DNA of 35,752 nucleotides from a virus (lineage: Duplodnaviria; Caudoviricetes): IMG/VR virus record IMGVR_UViG_3300020727_000044, positions 1 through 35,752 of that record; one strand, given 5' to 3'. The position numbers and the translations under genes are program-made. Shown here piece by piece: positions 34,001-35,752 of this stretch. Within the stretch, counting starts at the first letter, position 1. Each line of letters opens with the position of its first letter. The notes under the pieces were generated by a model. That model made no database searches. It saw only the letters and a list, made by a program, of their open reading frames with translations, and was not told the origin of the DNA.

Positions 34001-35733
34001 CAGGATTAGTAAAAACAGCACCTAAGTTTAATATAGATGATCAAATACAGCTACATTTCTTAAAATTAGCTACAGAGCAAAGCATTTCCAAGATAGCAGA
34101 TTTATTAGATAAAGATGTAGATAATACATTTCTTTTATCAGAAAGGGATAGATTATTAAATACATTAGATCAAACTGCAAGCGTATTACAGGCCATGAGA
34201 AGTGAATCAGGGGTAGGATTAGCATATGGTACAGTAGAAGCTATGCTTAGTCCTGAAAATGGACTACAGGTTAGAAGAATGCAAATGATGAATAATTTAG
34301 GAGTAAATGAATTAACTCCTGAATTACAAAAATTCACATCTGATACCTGGCAGAAAGAAAAAGAATTATTAGAAAAAGAAAATAATTTAAAAGAACAAAA
34401 GTTAAAGGAAGATTTTGAAAATACAATTAAGGATTTACAAAATCAATTAAAGAAGAAGTCCGAAACAGAAAAGCCTAAAACAGGAATATTTAAAGAATCT
34501 GGCGAGAATTTAGCAGCAAAACTTAGAATATTAGGCGAAAAGGCTAAAAAATCTGATTTTGGTAAAGCTAAAGGCATAGAAGGTGCGCAAATACAAGGTG
34601 TATCTGTAGATTTTAACAAATTTGCCGGTGAAGCACTAATAAAAATAGCAGATGCAGTAGAAAAGGGGGCTGATTTGTTAGATGCTATTTCTGAATATGT
34701 TAAAGAAACATTTAAAGGACAAGAAGCAAAATCATTTCAAAGAGATTTAATAAGATTTTTAGAAGGTCAAGGTAGCAGAGAAGATGCTTTATCTAAAATA
34801 AAAGGCATAGCAAGTGAAAAGGGTGTTGATTATATACATCCTGATATGGTGACTAAAAATATGATTAAAGACTATGTAAATTCATACATAGGAGAAGTGC
34901 CAGTAAAGGAAGTTTTAACATCAGCTACAGAAGGATTAAAAGAAGTATTTCCTAATATATCAGAAGATGAATTGAGAAGTGCTTATTTAAAGAAAGGGGC
35001 ATTTGAACAGCCAACAAAAGCAAAGGCTAAGTCTATCCTTACGCAAACTAAAGAAACATTAAATTCTATCTCTAAGTTAGAACAGGATATTTCTGATTTA
35101 GAAAAAGGTGTAAATATTATTTCAAAAGGTAAAGGATCAGAAAAAGAATTTAGTGATTATGAAAAAGAATTGATTGAAAAGAAAAAGGAATTGATATTAA
35201 AGAATAAAGAAGGAGAATATGATGAAAAAATTAAACAACTTAAAGAAACAGGAGAGTTGTTAAAAAGCATTAAAAATAAAAAACCTTCTGAAATAAATGA
35301 AAGATTATTATTAAAAAAAGAAGAATTAGATAAAGTAAAAAATTCTTTAGGAATAAAAAATTCATCTATATCAAAAGAAGAAAAATCAAAGATAGTAGAA
35401 AGAGGTAATTCTCATAATCAAAGATTAGATAAATTAAAAAATAGCGTAAATGAAGTAGGCGACAAATTGCCTAAATTAAAAGAATTTACCGACAAGTTAA
35501 ACGAAGATATAAATAAGTCTATAGCTAAGGTAAGTGAACAATCTGAATTAAATCAAGATCAGATTTTAAATGAATCTAAAAAGAAATTAGTTAATATACA
35601 ATCAGAATTAGAAAGAAAAATTAGTAAAACTATAGTAGGATCTGAAAAGAAACTATTACAAAAACTAAATTCTGAAATACAAGGTGTATTAGACGGATTT
35701 AATAGAGATCAATCTGATAGTATTCAAGATTGA
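31045..35733 (+). CDS. Large internal virion/ejection protein with histidine phosphatase domain; probably 3' truncated
   Basis: 1562 aa; NPFDID x2 at N-terminus; RHSE...TSDMPRSIQTG...DPLIRE...IVTHG at aa ~520-630; stop codon lies in the terminal fold-back. Confidence 0.75.
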   Translation: MPDKNPFDIDLKDTKSESTNPFDIDVPLKKKDGGKESVSTTTPKMDMSFLESGGKTSLIRGDIAGYKGVPRQTANEPERITQLEAAKKEFKEKSLTNTAQRRLSAKGIKPTDGNIQLEKESLKKDLDNGSVDFVIDDKGQPALGRVPKFHEAAVKGFFDVVSNISDDIDLMVAKRKGKKELNEAFKNIENRKELENNLSGNVWNMMNVIDPTKMSAAIVVDAIRAQKEGLPRAEPSTIGKIGEMAGQVVPYILTTELGIVPMATMATMQALPEKATELYSKYKKQGLSDEDAAEKATDNAPFQGFPTALMNLLLMKGGGESEASKNLSQALYGLLKSSTKMGIKGAGAEAGTIAAEAIQGDKPTDIWNRLTNAYGNWFKMDFTQRGLMESFNLPKYIRSAVKENAIQPEINSFIQQAIKETPNSNNIVNDLNKYQIAREKVAKYTPTDIMHHVSGLQEAIDNGTAKLEEIRKDKTISPEIVSQEETALQENIRKQSEMLKTGRGNDYEVDEVTGQKAGEELSISRHSEIPREAYGTENEVITPKGESDAAQVGESLPKGTNVVTSDMPRSIQTGEIIAEKTEGKLEQDPLIRERGENESPKDLAKRVQEIKDKYENRRDTHIVTHGEVMTMMDAVDKAGGDLDKAVQIFNSEESKSFDNNEVYQKPEVLKEEIVPKEEKTFAQKDLDRAEAKKIHAKVKDMEVPTSAEQIALRYIAEDGKIGKSVIDEIAGSVKRATLNTGEREKLSQEVKSKGFYSPKEEKSLSKIAHDLWKKSGQEVSEIDIKDALMDAINSHNTRLEAGKSYLEQYSPEYAEEQYYNKLAEERKAEFEAEQDELENQLRSPLDEQIEGEASEEHLNNLIQQYEAEYEAENKQSSKGGEGEVTKEIGGGTSGEEDEEGSGVEPPKPPKEKPQEPMNFGSWTRINIASLGEVKESFRRVGISWDARKESAMEDLADKAKLTGKTLFETAKSRMDDLFKGFSGKFAGLVKTAPKFNIDDQIQLHFLKLATEQSISKIADLLDKDVDNTFLLSERDRLLNTLDQTASVLQAMRSESGVGLAYGTVEAMLSPENGLQVRRMQMMNNLGVNELTPELQKFTSDTWQKEKELLEKENNLKEQKLKEDFENTIKDLQNQLKKKSETEKPKTGIFKESGENLAAKLRILGEKAKKSDFGKAKGIEGAQIQGVSVDFNKFAGEALIKIADAVEKGADLLDAISEYVKETFKGQEAKSFQRDLIRFLEGQGSREDALSKIKGIASEKGVDYIHPDMVTKNMIKDYVNSYIGEVPVKEVLTSATEGLKEVFPNISEDELRSAYLKKGAFEQPTKAKAKSILTQTKETLNSISKLEQDISDLEKGVNIISKGKGSEKEFSDYEKELIEKKKELILKNKEGEYDEKIKQLKETGELLKSIKNKKPSEINERLLLKKEELDKVKNSLGIKNSSISKEEKSKIVERGNSHNQRLDKLKNSVNEVGDKLPKLKEFTDKLNEDINKSIAKVSEQSELNQDQILNESKKKLVNIQSELERKISKTIVGSEKKLLQKLNSEIQGVLDGFNRDQSDSIQD

Positions 35734-35752
35734 TCTCTATTAAATCCGTCTA
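35690..35752. repeat. 26-bp perfect inverted repeat running to the window end
   Basis: 35727-35752 is the exact reverse complement of 35690-35715, with an 11-nt loop. Confidence 0.95.

Noticed and set aside
9575-35733. Stop-codon reassignment as in some crAss-like phages
   Set aside because: Genes are full length and densely packed in code 11; TAG and TGA both end genes at sensible positions; no suppressor tRNA seen
31045-35733. Virion RNA polymerase
   Set aside because: No DxDxD-type catalytic motif in context in the visible part; the missing C-terminus cannot be judged

Overview
AT-rich dsDNA phage genome fragment, most likely a Bacteroidota-infecting podovirus related to the crAss-like (Crassvirales-type) phages, read in the standard genetic code. 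Layout: 1-3.3 kb is an accessory region (two paralogous Ala-repeat genes, small ORFs, a secreted protein, a candidate antisense sRNA, NinG). 3.4-8.4 kb is replication/regulation (internally deleted C5 methyltransferase, HTH, DUF1376-type initiator with iteron-like repeats, primase-helicase, DnaA-C-like protein, SSB). 8.5-18.4 kb is packaging and head (terminase large subunit, portal, SLT-like protein, scaffold, major capsid). 18.5-21.9 kb is an insert (methyltransferase + GT9-like glycosyltransferase, GroES-like genes). 22-35.7 kb is tail ring proteins, tail stabilisation protein and ejection/cargo proteins, the largest carrying a histidine-phosphatase domain. Bacteroidota sigma70-type promoters (TAnnTTTG) precede many genes. 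The last 26 nt are a fold-back of upstream sequence, so the final ORF is probably truncated. All family calls come from motif recognition by eye; no searches were run.
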